From: Lama glama
Taxonomy: Eukaryota
Reading direction: 5' to 3'
Assembly: GCA_028534125.1 (NCBI GenBank)
Contig: CM052816.1
Location: 48,858,001 to 48,922,000 of the forward strand
DNA length: 64,000 nucleotides
The notes beneath the pieces were generated by a model that saw nothing but the letters and a program-made list of their open reading frames with translations, did no database searches and had not been told where the DNA came from. The translations under genes and the position numbers were made by a program. Of this stretch, positions 40,730 to 52,585 are shown piece by piece; the first letter of the stretch is position 1; every line of letters starts with the position of its first letter.

Positions 40730-41515
40730 CAGTGAATGTCAGGGGAATCCTTACCAATAGGCACTTAGGTTCTTCCATAGATCCTTCCTGTGTAATCTCA
40801 TCTTTAGTCCTGGCTTTTGCTGAGATGGTTGTTTATATCCATAAATTACATACCTAATCTCTTTAGCAAACAGTTCTTCAGCTACACCCATGCCTCTGTC
40901 TCAGAGCATGTTTTCTGAGTAGGCTGAAAATTTACAATTCATCAAAGGCTAATTTCTTTTGACTTAACAATTAGTTCCCTCATCAGTTTATCTCTTTCCT
41001 CTCACATTCCACACATTTTACTAAAAGAAGCAAGGAGAAACAAGGTTTCATCTTCCATACTTTGCTTAGAAATCTCCTCAGGTAAATATCCAAGTTCAAA
41101 GCTTACAAGTTCCACCTTTATACAACTGTAAAACATAATTCAGTCAAACTCTCTCACTTCATAACAAGCATCACCTTTCTCCCAGTGTCCAATAGCATGT
41201 TCCTTTTTTCCATCTTAGACCTCACAACAAGCGTCTTTAATGCTCATATTTCTAGTAACATTCCATTCATTATGATATATGTATTTTCTGAGCTGATAGA
41301 AATTTCCTCTACAGATTGTCTCACTTCTTTCTAAGGTCTCACTGGAATTGGTCTTAATATACATATATCTACCAAGAATCTCTTCAAGGAAATTTAGGGT
41401 TTTCTATCTTGAATCTCAGAATTCTAACATTACATACCCACTATCCATTTCCAAAGTCACTTCACACTTTTAGATATTTATTACAACAGAACCTCTGTTC
41501 TCAGTACCAAAATCT
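40730..41515 (-). mobile_element. MaLR internal (MLT1-int) fragment, 5' part
   Basis: 'ttccaaagtcacttcacacttttagatatttattacaacag...ctcagtaccaaaatc' is the reverse complement of the MaLR internal start. Confidence 0.7.
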
Positions 41516-41548
41516 GTAATAGGTAGATATCTGATTTGTACTTCCAAT

Positions 41549-41586
41549 TGTGTGTGTGTGTGTGTCTGTGTGTGTTTGTGTGTGTA
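41549..41586. repeat. (TG)n microsatellite
   Basis: tgtgtgtgtgtgtgtgtctgtgtgtgtttgtgtgtgt. Confidence 0.9.
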
Positions 41587-41990
41587 ATGGTCAATTTTAT
41601 GTGTCAACTTGGAAGAATGTTATTGATTGAATGAGATTACCATTTTAACTGGTGAACTTTGAGTATGTATATTTGAGTAAGTATATTTTCATAATGGGGC
41701 TGGTCCTCATCTGAAGGCCTGAATTGAACAAAAAGACTGGTCACCTTGAGCAAATGGAATTCCTACAGACTGCCTACAGAATTCCTCTGTACTGTAAGTT
41801 TTCTTGAGACTTCTCCTGCTGGCCTTTGGACTTGAAGTGCACCTTGAGTCTTGAGCCTGTCAGCCCACACTGAAGATTTGAACTTGCCAGTCTCCATAAT
41901 CATGTGAGCCCATTCCTTAACTCCTTGTAAATCTCTTTCTATATATGTTCTTATCCTACTGGTTTTGTTTCTGGAGATCTCTGACTATAT
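41583..41990 (+). mobile_element. ERVL LTR, MLT2-like
   Basis: 'tgtaatggtcaattttatgtgtcaacttgg' ... 'ccataatcatgtgagcccattcctta' ... 'tcctactggttttgtttctggaga'. Confidence 0.85.
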
Positions 41991-42159
41991 GTTATATGTG
42001 TGTATAAAAGTAAAACATAATTCATATATATGTGTATGTATACACATATATGCAAATACATAGATCATATATATTTCACTCACTTATCTATTTATCTATA
42101 GATATCTATCCCAGATATAGATATATCTAATATCTTTATCTATAGCTAGAGCGAGCAAG

Positions 42160-42395
42160 AGAGAGATTTTAAGGAACTGACTCAATTGACCTATGGGATA
42201 TTGGGGGCTGAGTTGAAAGTTTTAAATCTGTTAGGCAAGTTAGCAGGCTGAAAACTCAGGCAGGAGTTAATGCTGAAGTCTTGAAGCAGAGTTCCTTCTC
42301 TTTCAGGAGACCTCCACATTTTTTCTGAAGGCATTCAGATGATTAGATGAGGTCCACCAACATTTTTGAGGGTAATGTTTTAGATATTAACAACA
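42160..42395 (-). mobile_element. MLT2D-like LTR fragment
   Basis: 'gattttaaggaactgactca', 'gcaggctgaaaactcaggcaggagttaatgctgaagtcttga', 'gattagatgaggtccacc'. Confidence 0.7.
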
Positions 42396-42419
42396 CGTTC
42401 TTCAACAGATTCAACTCAA

Positions 42420-45030
42420 CAATTTCTTCTTGAGTCATTTTTGGTAGTTGATGTGTTCCTAAGAAAGTGTTTATTTCGTCAAAGTTACCTAATTCATGTC
42501 ATACAATTGTTCATAATATGTCCTTATAATCTTTTTTTAATTTATTTCTAATAAAGTCATTAGTAATGTCCCTGCTTTTATTAATGATTTTAGTTATTTA
42601 TGCCTTCACTCCTTTTTTTTTTTTCCTTTCTAGCTAAAGACTTGTCATTTTATTAATTTTTTCAAGGAATCAACTTTTGGTTTTGTTGATTCTTTTGTTC
42701 TTTTTCTGTATTCTTTTTTAAATCTCTACACCCATTTTTATCATTTATTTCCTTCTGTTAGCTTTTGGGTTTGTAATTGTTTTCCTGATAGTCCTTAAAG
42801 TGTAGAGTTAGGTTTGAGATAATGTTTTTAATGTAGTATTTTCCACTATACATTTCCTTCTGAGCACTGCTTTCAGTGCATCACATAAGTTTTATTTTGT
42901 TTTGTCTTTCACTTCATTCCTAAGTGTTTTATAATTTCCATTTTTCTTTGACCCACTGCTTTTTAAAGAGTCTGTTATTTCACTCATATTTATGAATTTC
43001 CCAGTTCTTCTGATACTAATTTCTAACTGCAGTTAAATATGGTTGGAGAAGATATTTGTATGATATCTTTTTTTTTTTTAATTTAACAAGAATTGTTTTG
43101 TGATCTTACACATGGTCTATTTTGGAGACTGTTCCATTTGCACTTGGGAAGAATGTGTATTCTGCTGTTATTGTGTAGAGTGTTTTCTGTATGTCTGTTA
43201 GGTCTAGTTGGTTTTTAGTGTTCAAATCCCCTACTTTCTTATTGATCTTCTGTTTAAATATTCTACCCTTCATGGAAATTAAGTTATTGATGTCTCCATT
43301 ATTATTGTATTAGCTTTATATATTTTGGGGCTTTGTTATTTGGTATATGCACACACACACACACACACACATATATTTAATAAATTGCTTCTTTACTGTC
43401 CTTCTTTGTCTCTTATAAAGGATTTAGATTTTGTCTAATATAATTACAGCCACCTGAGCTATTTTTGATAACTATTTTCATGAAATATCTTTTTCCATTC
43501 TTTCACTTTCAACCTATTTGTGCCCTTAGTTTTAAGGTGAGTCTCTTGAAGACAATATATAAGGAGATCATGTTCTTTTTTTTTAAAATCCATTCTGATA
43601 ACCTCAGCTCTTAGATTAAGAGAATTTAAATCATTTACATGAAAAATAACTGATAAGAAAGTACTGACTCTGGTCATTTTGCTATTTGTGTACAGTATGT
43701 CTTATACCTTTTCGTCCTTCATTTTCCCTATTACAGCATTTTTTTTACGTTCAGGTTTTTTGTTTGTTTGTTTGTTTGTTTGTAATGTTCTGTTTTGATT
43801 CCCTTCTAAAGCTTTTAAAGTCATGCAGGAAATAAAAAAGTGGAGCTGCAAACATGAAACACATGATAGTGACTTCTTTATTTATCTATGTAGCTATCTT
43901 TACTAGACATGTTTATTCCTTCATACTGTTTGAATTTTGTCTAGCATCCTTTTGTTTCAACCTGAAGAACTTCCTTTAGCATATTTTATAGGTCCACTTG
44001 TAAAAACTCTACATTTATGTATCCGGGAATGTTTTAATTTCTCCTTAACTGTGTTCATTTTTCTTCATTCTCTGTTTTTATTTCTGCAACTCAGACTGGT
44101 TAATTTCAATCATGCTGTCTTTGAGTTTACTAATTCTTTCTTTTACTTGCTCAGTTTTTCTATTGAGTCCCTTTATGAATTTTTCCTTTCAGTTATTGCA
44201 CTAAATCTAGGGATCAAGCAGAGATACAAGCTTAGAGTGTTGTCAGGTCTTTTCTAAGCTAAAGCATCCTGTCCTGGTCATGCATGTGGTTTTCTAAATT
44301 TCCCAGTATATGTGGGCACTTTTAAATGTTCTAATTTCCCAAAGAAATTCTCTCCCAGCTTTTCCTACTATATTTAGGCAGTGTATTTTAGGTTCCAACT
44401 GCAATTTTTTGTCCCTGTTAGCTAAAGGTTTTCCATTCACATTACAGTGTTACAATGTTTTCTGACAATACCCGTCACTTTTCTGCCCTCAACACATTGT
44501 AAGTTAGGTAAAACAGAGACAAACACCTGGTATCAGTTCCTCAGGTAGCCCTCAGACAACACAGAACAAAGTAACACTATAATTTCTGAATAAGATCTGC
44601 TGTGGTTCCTCTAGAAGAACTACCACTATCTTCAAGATCACCACTGAGCCTGGGGAGTGATAGGGGAAAGACAAATAAAAGTGCCTCAAATTCTTTTACT
44701 TTTTAACGTTTTCATATTACCTATTTCTTGTTCAGCATCTGCTTGGTTGCTGTACAGTTCTGACTATTATTTAGAGTAATGACAAAGTTGGTTCTGATAG
44801 TTTCTTCATGTTTTCCAATGCTTCTGTGGGGAGATGAGGGTTTGGAATTGCCTATCTTTTTTTGTTTTGTTTTGTTTTGAGGGAGGAGGTAATTAGGTTT
44901 ACTTATTTCTTTCTAGAGGAGGTACTGGGGATTGAACCCAGGACCTTGTGCATGCTAGGCATGCTCTCTACCACTTGAGCTATATCCTCCACCAGAATTG
45001 CCTGTTTTTAATTTTGGTGATGTCATTCAC
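42420..45030 (-). mobile_element. Old L1 (L1M-type) 5' portion: decayed ORF2 endonuclease region and upstream remnants
   Basis: ORF 43459..43677 contains the L1 endonuclease motif (IYCLQETHL...NRLKVKEWKKIFHEN), and antisense ORF2-like sequence continues to ~42420. Assignment of 43700-45030 is weaker. Confidence 0.75.
44857..44993 (-). mobile_element. tRNA-derived SINE (camelid Vic-1-like), full length
   Basis: Minus strand 'ggtggaggatatagctcaagtggtagagagcatgcctagcatgcacaaggtcctgggttcaatccccagtacc' carries A and B boxes and a (CAAAA)n tail. TSD gaattgcctatcttt / gaattgcctgttttt. Confidence 0.92.
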
Positions 45031-47415
45031 AGCACCATGAGATAACATTATACCTATTTTGAAACTCAGAAAGTTTTATCAACATGGGTTAAATAAGTTA
45101 GCTAAATCAACAATTTTATTAATTTCCAGGAAAAGGAAATAAGCAAATCATATATTATTTCACATGAAGAGTTAAACTATGTTGTTAAAAAAAGGTCTTA
45201 AAATTAGAGATGTTATTAAATTTGGGATTGTATATTTAAAAAATAACTGGTTGAGTTACATTTATCAAATAGGTCTCATCCATCCTAATCATCCTATGAA
45301 GATTTCACTAAACAAGCATTTTATCCAAGAAACTAACTTTCATTATAACTACGTTGATTTTTTTTTGTTTTTATTTTCCTGTTGATTCAAATTTTTCAAT
45401 TATTTTTCTTTTCTATCCAGTTTTTTGCTATTGGCACAAATACAAGAGCTTTTTATTTTCTCTAAGAACAGACAGGAAGAGAGTAAAATCATTTTCCTGC
45501 TTGTAGGTATTGCAAATCTCAACTTTAGAAAAAATTCTTACAACTGCAATAAAGAAAGAAGAGCAAGTATCTATTTTTAGCTTACTTCCAAATAAAAGTT
45601 TTGTTATTATAATAAAATTATGTGCCATTTAAATTAGAATTACTTATTACATACATGGTGTCCTTAAAGGCAAGCTTGGAAAAATATTTAGGAAATAAAA
45701 CTCTATACTGCAGTAGAAAAAGTAAATAGTACAAATCATTGTAAACAAACATCACTTATGTGACTGCTCAAAAGATGCTGAAATAAACTATAATTTATAT
45801 AAACATAGAATTTTTATGTTTGATTTTTATAATTTCTATTCGAAATATAACTGTTATACAATTTCTGCTTCAAGGTGATAAAAAAAAAAAGAGAACACAC
45901 ATCTCACAGTCAGCACTGTGAAGGGTGTTTGGGTGTTTTTCAGTTTAAGTGAAAACTGGAAAATCATACTGAACCCAGGACTTGTAGTCCACAGACAATC
46001 TTAGTTTTTTCAATTTTTATATATCGTTATTTCTATAAAACAGCAACAATAATGTCTGCTTTGAATACTGTTAAAAACAATAATCAAATTATTAAAATAA
46101 ATTTTCATGATGATTCTTCCTATTACGTGAAGTTAAACATTAAAATTTTATACCTTTTGAATTTTGGTTTCAGTCTAAATTCTTATCTACAAAAGTAATC
46201 TCTGTTCACATGTGAATTAACTTCATTTACCATTATTCTCAGAACTGAGTATTAATAATTAGAAATAAACATATTTTGATCCTTGCTGATTCTTATTTTT
46301 TCAATGATTTTTCAAATGATTTTTTTCAAAATACAGATATTTTAAGTACTGTGTGCCACTCAATTTTCTAAACATTAATTCTCCCAAGAGCTATTTTTAT
46401 TACTGTTTTACTTATAAACAAACAAAAAAAAAGGTGCTGGATTTAGTTTATTCTAGCACTTGTTCAATTTTCTATTAGTTACTTACACTAATTAGATCTG
46501 ACATGATTTATTTATGTTGCTTGTGCTTTCACCTGCTTCTTTTCCTTTAACTCAACTTTATCTGCAATCTAGCATAAAAATTCAACCTATTTTATCTCCT
46601 CCTTTTGTTTAAATTTCCTTGATTAAGTGATAGGATGTAAATTCACTGTAACTAATGTCTCTCTATATTTCTTGCAAGAAACTCTACCATTAGTTCTAAC
46701 AGATAAAGATAAAAACTCCCAAATGAAATCTGTTATCTATTTCATACAGCTTCTTTATTAATCAACATCTAGACTCCCTCTCTGTCTCAAGCTTCTGTTT
46801 TATCCCCAAAGTCTGTTTCATTTGATTATTAAAGGAGAATGCAATTTTTTCTATATGAATTGGTTTGAAAGGCTTATTACTGGTATTATGGTTGTAACTA
46901 ACCTCCACACCCCACCCCAAACTTTCTTCACTCCACCTGACTTACATAAGCATTCAGCAAAAGGGGGAAAAGCATATTGAGTTTTTCTCAATATTATCCA
47001 CTTGTAGGCTATCTTGCTATGATTCAAAAGTCCTTATAAAACTCACCTAATGGGAAGCTGAGCACAGTTATCATAACAGAAATAAACTGTAGATTGTGTC
47101 TCTGTATATAAGAAAAAACCAAGCTTTCTGTTCAAATGGTTCATTGTGATGGGGCCATAATCCTTTAGGAAGTCATAAAGCCCAATCTTACACCAAGCCC
47201 AGTGGAAATATTTAGCTGGAGACTGACTATTTGCATAGCATGTTCTAATCTCTGAATCTCTATTTGAATCCCTGAGCCAAGCAAGAGGGACTAGGAGAGT
47301 CACCATGCGGATTCAGCAAATGATTCCCAACAAGATCACCAACCTGTGTAAAAGCATAGCCATTTTCACAATGGTTCAAATGCATTGCTTCTCTGTATAG
47401 ATCAGGCACTCACTT

Positions 47416-47522
47416 CAAAAAATACTTCTGTAACTGAAGGACGAAAACAGGTTATAGCGGCTACTTGCAAAAAATACTTCCGTAACTGAAGGACGAAAAC
47501 AGGTTATAGTGGCTACTTGCAA
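47416..47522. repeat. Tandem duplication, 52-bp unit x2
   Basis: 47416-47467 and 47468-47519 are identical except at two positions. Confidence 0.97.
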
Positions 47523-48819
47523 CTTCCTCAGTCCATCCATTCTTTTAAAGAGCTGAATAAATTTATTGTAATTAGGTACCAACTATTCCAAAGGTCTCTT
47601 CTGAGAATAACTTTTAAAGGTTTTCCTCTATCCTTAGCAGGCTGAGATGTTTTTCCACTGCCTCTTTTTCCACTTCCTTCGTTAGGAAGAATATTTTAGC
47701 ATTTTAGTCCTGGTAAATACTAAGTTTGGGAAATCAAAGCACAATGTCAGAGGTTCTGCAATCATAATAACAATGGGTATTATGCTATGAAGGATGAACA
47801 CTGTCAGAATTAGCAAGAGAAGAGCGTGTTAGTGCTGTAGACTTTAATTCTCTCACTCTATAGTTGCATAGTAAAAAGGCCTCTCTTTTATCTCATCTTG
47901 CTTTTCTTCCTACTAAAAACCACAAGGTATGTATTACAGGAAAACTACATCTTTACCTTACCCCCACATCCCTATGACCTAATCTATGTAGTTGAGAGTA
48001 TGAATTAAACAACTGCCTGAAAGCCACAACAAATGGTTAAAAGAAACAAGAGTCAGAATCACGAGTGGAAGAAAAAAAGGGAAACTATTGTGATGAGTGT
48101 TAATCTTAAGGGAGGAGTTAGAGATGGAAGAAATTTAGAAGGCTTGTTTTTTATGATCTCATTACTTTAGTAAAGCAGATGCATTTGTAATTTCTCAGTG
48201 AACAATCCAGTTCAAACTCATATGATAATTTAAACATCTCTGGAAATCTCCTGCACCTTAGTTGTGATCTCATGAAAGCCTCACTAAGGATTCCTCTTTT
48301 AGTAAGTATTTTTAAACTTGCAACTTTGTTCAGTGTAATCATGAAAATCACTCTGGCTAAGATCTTACTATACGACTGGTAACTCTGAATGTTTTACCTT
48401 ACTGACCAATGGAAACATCAAAGGTACCTACTGCCTGGAAGAAAAGATATGCCACTTGTTAGAGTCCCTGGGATTCATATGCACCTTCATTAATGACTCA
48501 ATAACATAAGTGTGCTGAGCAACATGGGAGAATTCTGCATCTATGCCAACATCCACCGAGTGCCCTTTGCCTTTAAATGGTGAAGGATGTTGCTTTAGAG
48601 CTTCCAGCCCTGCAGGAACATAAAGGCCCATTACCACCACACAGCAGCGTTCTGATTTCGTCTTGCCCTGTTTGAGGATCTGGAGAGTCAAGGCTCTATA
48701 CTCCCATCTCTCAGTATCTCTTTGTTTTCTCCTCTCTCTGTGTCTCTCTCACTTTAATACCATGGGAAAGCCTTCTGCCTGGCCTAGTTGTGGCCTGGGT
48801 GGAGTGTGGGATTTACAAG

Positions 48820-49361
48820 TGTTGCGGAAAAATGTGTTACATCTCAGTTGTGACAGCAACCTGGATCCGGGCGAGAGACCAAGCAGCCCTCGGAGAGTTG
48901 GAGAACTCAGGTTTACTACACCAGCGGGCCCAAATGAGTTAACACTTCAAACTCTGGACCCGTTCTGTAGGTTTACACAGGCCTTTTACATGCTGCCAGT
49001 TTTACACTTTGCAACATCATATGCAAATAAAGTACAACAGAAGTTGACCAACCAGGAACAAGCTTTGTAGAAATAGCTCAATCAGGAGTGAACTCCATGC
49101 AAATGAAGTATTACAAATGGACCAATCAGAAGTTAGGGAAGTGGACCAATCAGAAGTGAGAGTAATAACCAATCAGAAGTGAGAGTAATAACCAATCAGG
49201 AGTGAGCTCAGGGAACCAATAGAATTCTAGGTGTAAGTTAGCAGCTTTAGAGGCAAAAAGTGAGATAAAGCCTCTGGGCCAGGGAACCTGAGGGTGCTGG
49301 GAGGAGAGCAGCTGCCCTGCCTAGGGGTCCTGCCGGTCTTTTTATGGGGCTTCCCGCCTCA
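48820..49361 (-). mobile_element. ERV1-type solo LTR with tandem CCAAT repeats
   Basis: TGTTG...CCTCA ends, TSD CAAG at 48816-48819 and 49362-49365, several retained CpGs, internal 23-24-bp repeats. Confidence 0.92.
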
Positions 49362-49514
49362 CAAGTAAGGCAAACAGGGCACAGTTGGAGCCCACAAAAG
49401 TGGCTTCAGGTGTGGTGGTGTGGGAGGAGGAAAGAGTAGTTCCTGAAGCAGGGGTGTAGGAGGGTAGACTAGGAGGTGCTGAGTATCAGGAATGCCTCAG
49501 AGAATGGGAAATCA

Positions 49515-49810
49515 GGCCCGGTTTCACTCTCTCGCGAGGAAGTGGGTTCTCGCGGGATCTCGGGAGTTCACGGGGCTAGCAGGGATTCTGGATGGGCAAC
49601 GCCTGTGCTCTGGACGCCGGACGCCGTTCCTGTCAGACGCGTCCTGAAGAGTCCAGCTCACGCCACCCAGCAAGCAAACCCCAGTTTTTATGGAGGCCTC
49701 GTAACCCCGTCTCCGGCTAAGAGTCTCAGAGCAGCCCTTCTTTGCCCCGGGGGCCGGCCAGGTTAGGTAAGGTGGGGAAAAGGGCCGAAGGCAGTGCAGG
49801 GGCGGACAAG
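49515..49810 (+). promoter_or_regulatory. Small CpG-island-like candidate promoter / first exon
   Basis: About 22 CpGs in ~290 bp (hand count). TCTCGCGAGG 49530, TCTCGCGGGA 49548, TCTCGGGAG 49558, GGAAGTG 49538, GGGGCGG 49799; donor-like CAG|GTTAGG and TAG|GTAAGG at 49762 and 49767. Confidence 0.6.
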
Positions 49811-52269
49811 AAATAAAAATAAAAGCTGTTTCTCTCAGAAAATAGCATATCAATAAATAGTTGTGGGCTGAATGGATAAATGCATGAATATTGCATTGTT
49901 TACACTTCCAAGGAGAATTTCTTGGATTACTTCAGAGAATATATTTCAGCCTTATCAAAGACGTAGACAACCCTCAGCTGTAATTAATACAGACTTTAGC
50001 ACGTTTTAGAGGAATAGTGAGAGAACTAATAATTGCACTAGTTTATTTAAAAGACATTTAAATATTTATATTAATATGACGTGCTTATGACTTCCATTTT
50101 GTTCTTGTGAGAACTGACTGCTATTCCAATGTTAGCTTTCTAATGAAAAAAGCTGTCAATACATCAAACTGTGCTAGATGATACTGAGTGATAAAATGCT
50201 AATTTATGTCTGCTCAATATATATCCCCTTTTAAGTGTATGTTTATCATATAGAGAAATAGTTAATTGAAATGAGTCCATCTAAAACAAACAAAAAAATT
50301 AAATGGGATCTTTTAATCCTAAAGTTTCATATCTCAAACAGATTTGCATCATGATGAGAACCTGCTGTGTATCCTGTTTACAAGGAAGGACTTCTCCTGG
50401 TGAGTAGTGACTTGTTTACTTTTAATGCACAAAACCTGAATACAAACATTAATATTTTATTTTTAAAAGTAAAACACAGTGCATACCTAGTATTATATTG
50501 ATCTTTTCTGTTTATACATGATTATTTAATGCATCATTTATCTTCTTTCTTCAACTAAGTAATTGTAAAGTGCTAACTGATTAGTCAAGGGATTAAAACA
50601 TTTGATGAAGTGATCAAGTAAGCTTATGGAGAATATGAGGATGAAGGTAGTCCTTAAAGAGGAGGGTTTACATAGGCAAAGAAGGGATTATTTAGAATTT
50701 CAGGCAGAGGATGTGTATGCCACTGTGCAATTTTATATGAAATCCAGTTGAATTGTTTTCTGTTCTATAATTTCATTCATTCAGTTACACAGCCCTTTAT
50801 TCAACAACCATTCATAGACTGCATACCATGTTCCAGGCACCATACTGAGCCTTTGGTATGTAGAGTAAAATGATGCACTGTTATCCGCAGTTGTCTTCAA
50901 ACAATTCCATTGTGTTCATGACATATGTGTAACAGATTTAATATACACCTGCATGATGCATTAAATCTTCACAATCTATAGGAGTTCATCCATAAAGCAG
51001 GCTATTGTTGAACAGATGCTGTAAACAAATGATGTAAAGCTAAGTGAGGAAACACTGACAACTCTTGTGACTTACTGAACCATTTAAAATGAGCAATGAG
51101 CCAAAGCAGGAGTCCTACAGAGAAAGAATCAATAATGAAAACATTATCATGCATATTTCCCTAAGACAAGGGCAATAATCATGTGGCATTCACTCCTGTT
51201 ACTAAATAATTTTAAGGAGCCTTCCCTCCCCTCCCCATGGACTCTAACAGACCTATTTCTGATACAAAATAGAAAGATCTCCACTGTTGTTAACACCCAT
51301 GACTCTGTTAGACTTCAACTGCCAGTACATTTTTCAGAATCCATCGGCTCATTTAAACCTTCAGAGGGAAAATGACAGTTGAGCATGAGTTTTAAATTAA
51401 AGCAATACTGCACTGACTAGAAGCAATGTGGCATTCCACCATTTCATCAGCTGTGCTGTAGCCTGAACACTTTCGAAGGCTAAATAAGTGAATTCCGTAT
51501 GTTTTCTGCCACCTTTCTTTCCAATCTCAAATTGAATACTAACTTTGTTTTTGTTATACTATTAAAATGATTATTCTCATATCTTTGCAAATTACATTAT
51601 CTTTAAAACATGTTAAGCCATATGTTTATCTTTCTATCTATCTGTGATTTATATTATTCACTGTTGTCCTTCTCTAGTATTTCCTTAATATATTAGTCTT
51701 CAGTAACAAGGTTACATGCATTCAATAAATGGTGGTTTCATAAAATTCAGCGATATTCACTGCGTGAAAAAAATGAAAGGAGAAAGAAAACAATAGTGCA
51801 GGTTATTCTGGCCAGGTTTTTACTCACAAAGTTTTATCTCCTGGGTTGAGATGAAAAGCATAATTGTGCTATTTTTTTAAGCCATGTTCCCTCGTGCCTT
51901 TCATAGACTGAGATTCAAATCCAGGCAAGAGTGCATCCTAGTGATTAAATTTGTGTATGTATATATTTTAGGTTGCAGAATGTTGGTGGTTGTTGATGCT
52001 GGGTGATTCGTACGTTGGCCTTGGTTGTGCTACTCTCTGCATTTTTGTGTATGTTGGAAAATTTCCATAATACAAATTAAAACTTACAATGTATGCACAC
52101 TTATGTGGCCCTCCAAAGAATAAATGATTATTACAAAACATCCTGGGGAAAAACAAAACTGTGTTTTCATCCTACATACTCTCTAAAATAAGTCATCCAT
52201 ATTGTTTAGTTGCTGCTTTGAAAAAATATCTGTTCTGTTGTTGAAGGAAATGAGATAATTTGGGGTGGT

Positions 52270-52585
52270 TAGGTTGGCTGGGCTATAGCCTTTTTTATTC
52301 AGTAAAACACCAGTTTAGATATTGTGGAGGTTTTTATAGATATGATTAATATCTATAATCAATTGACTTAATAAAAAGATTGCATTAGATAGTCTGGGGA
52401 GGAGACTTGATTCTCTCTGTTGAAAGGCCTTACAAGCAGAACTGAGACTTCCCTAAAAGACAAAATTCTACCTGTGTGCTCCTTCAGCTCATGCCACAGA
52501 ATTCCAGCTGCACTTTTAGATGACCTGCCATATGGGTTTTGGAGTTTCCTTGCCATCTTTTACAATCATGTGATCCAATTCCATG
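52270..52585 (+). mobile_element. MLT2D/E-like LTR fragment
   Basis: 'tggctgggctatag', 'atgattaatatctataatcaattgactt', 'gttgaaaggccttacaagcagaactgag', 'tacaatcatgtgatccaattcc'. Confidence 0.7.

Noticed and set aside
42020..42150. Short palindromes in TA/TAGA-rich sequence (also (TA)n near 39290)
   Set aside because: Low-complexity microsatellite decay, typical of MLT2 LTRs and AT-rich DNA.
44920..44993. tRNA gene
   Set aside because: A and B boxes are present, but a non-tRNA tail, (CAAAA)n and a TSD identify it as a SINE.
49121..49220. Regularly spaced repeats resembling a CRISPR array
   Set aside because: Units are 23-24-bp tandem repeats without unique spacers, inside a TSD-flanked mammalian LTR, and there are no cas genes.
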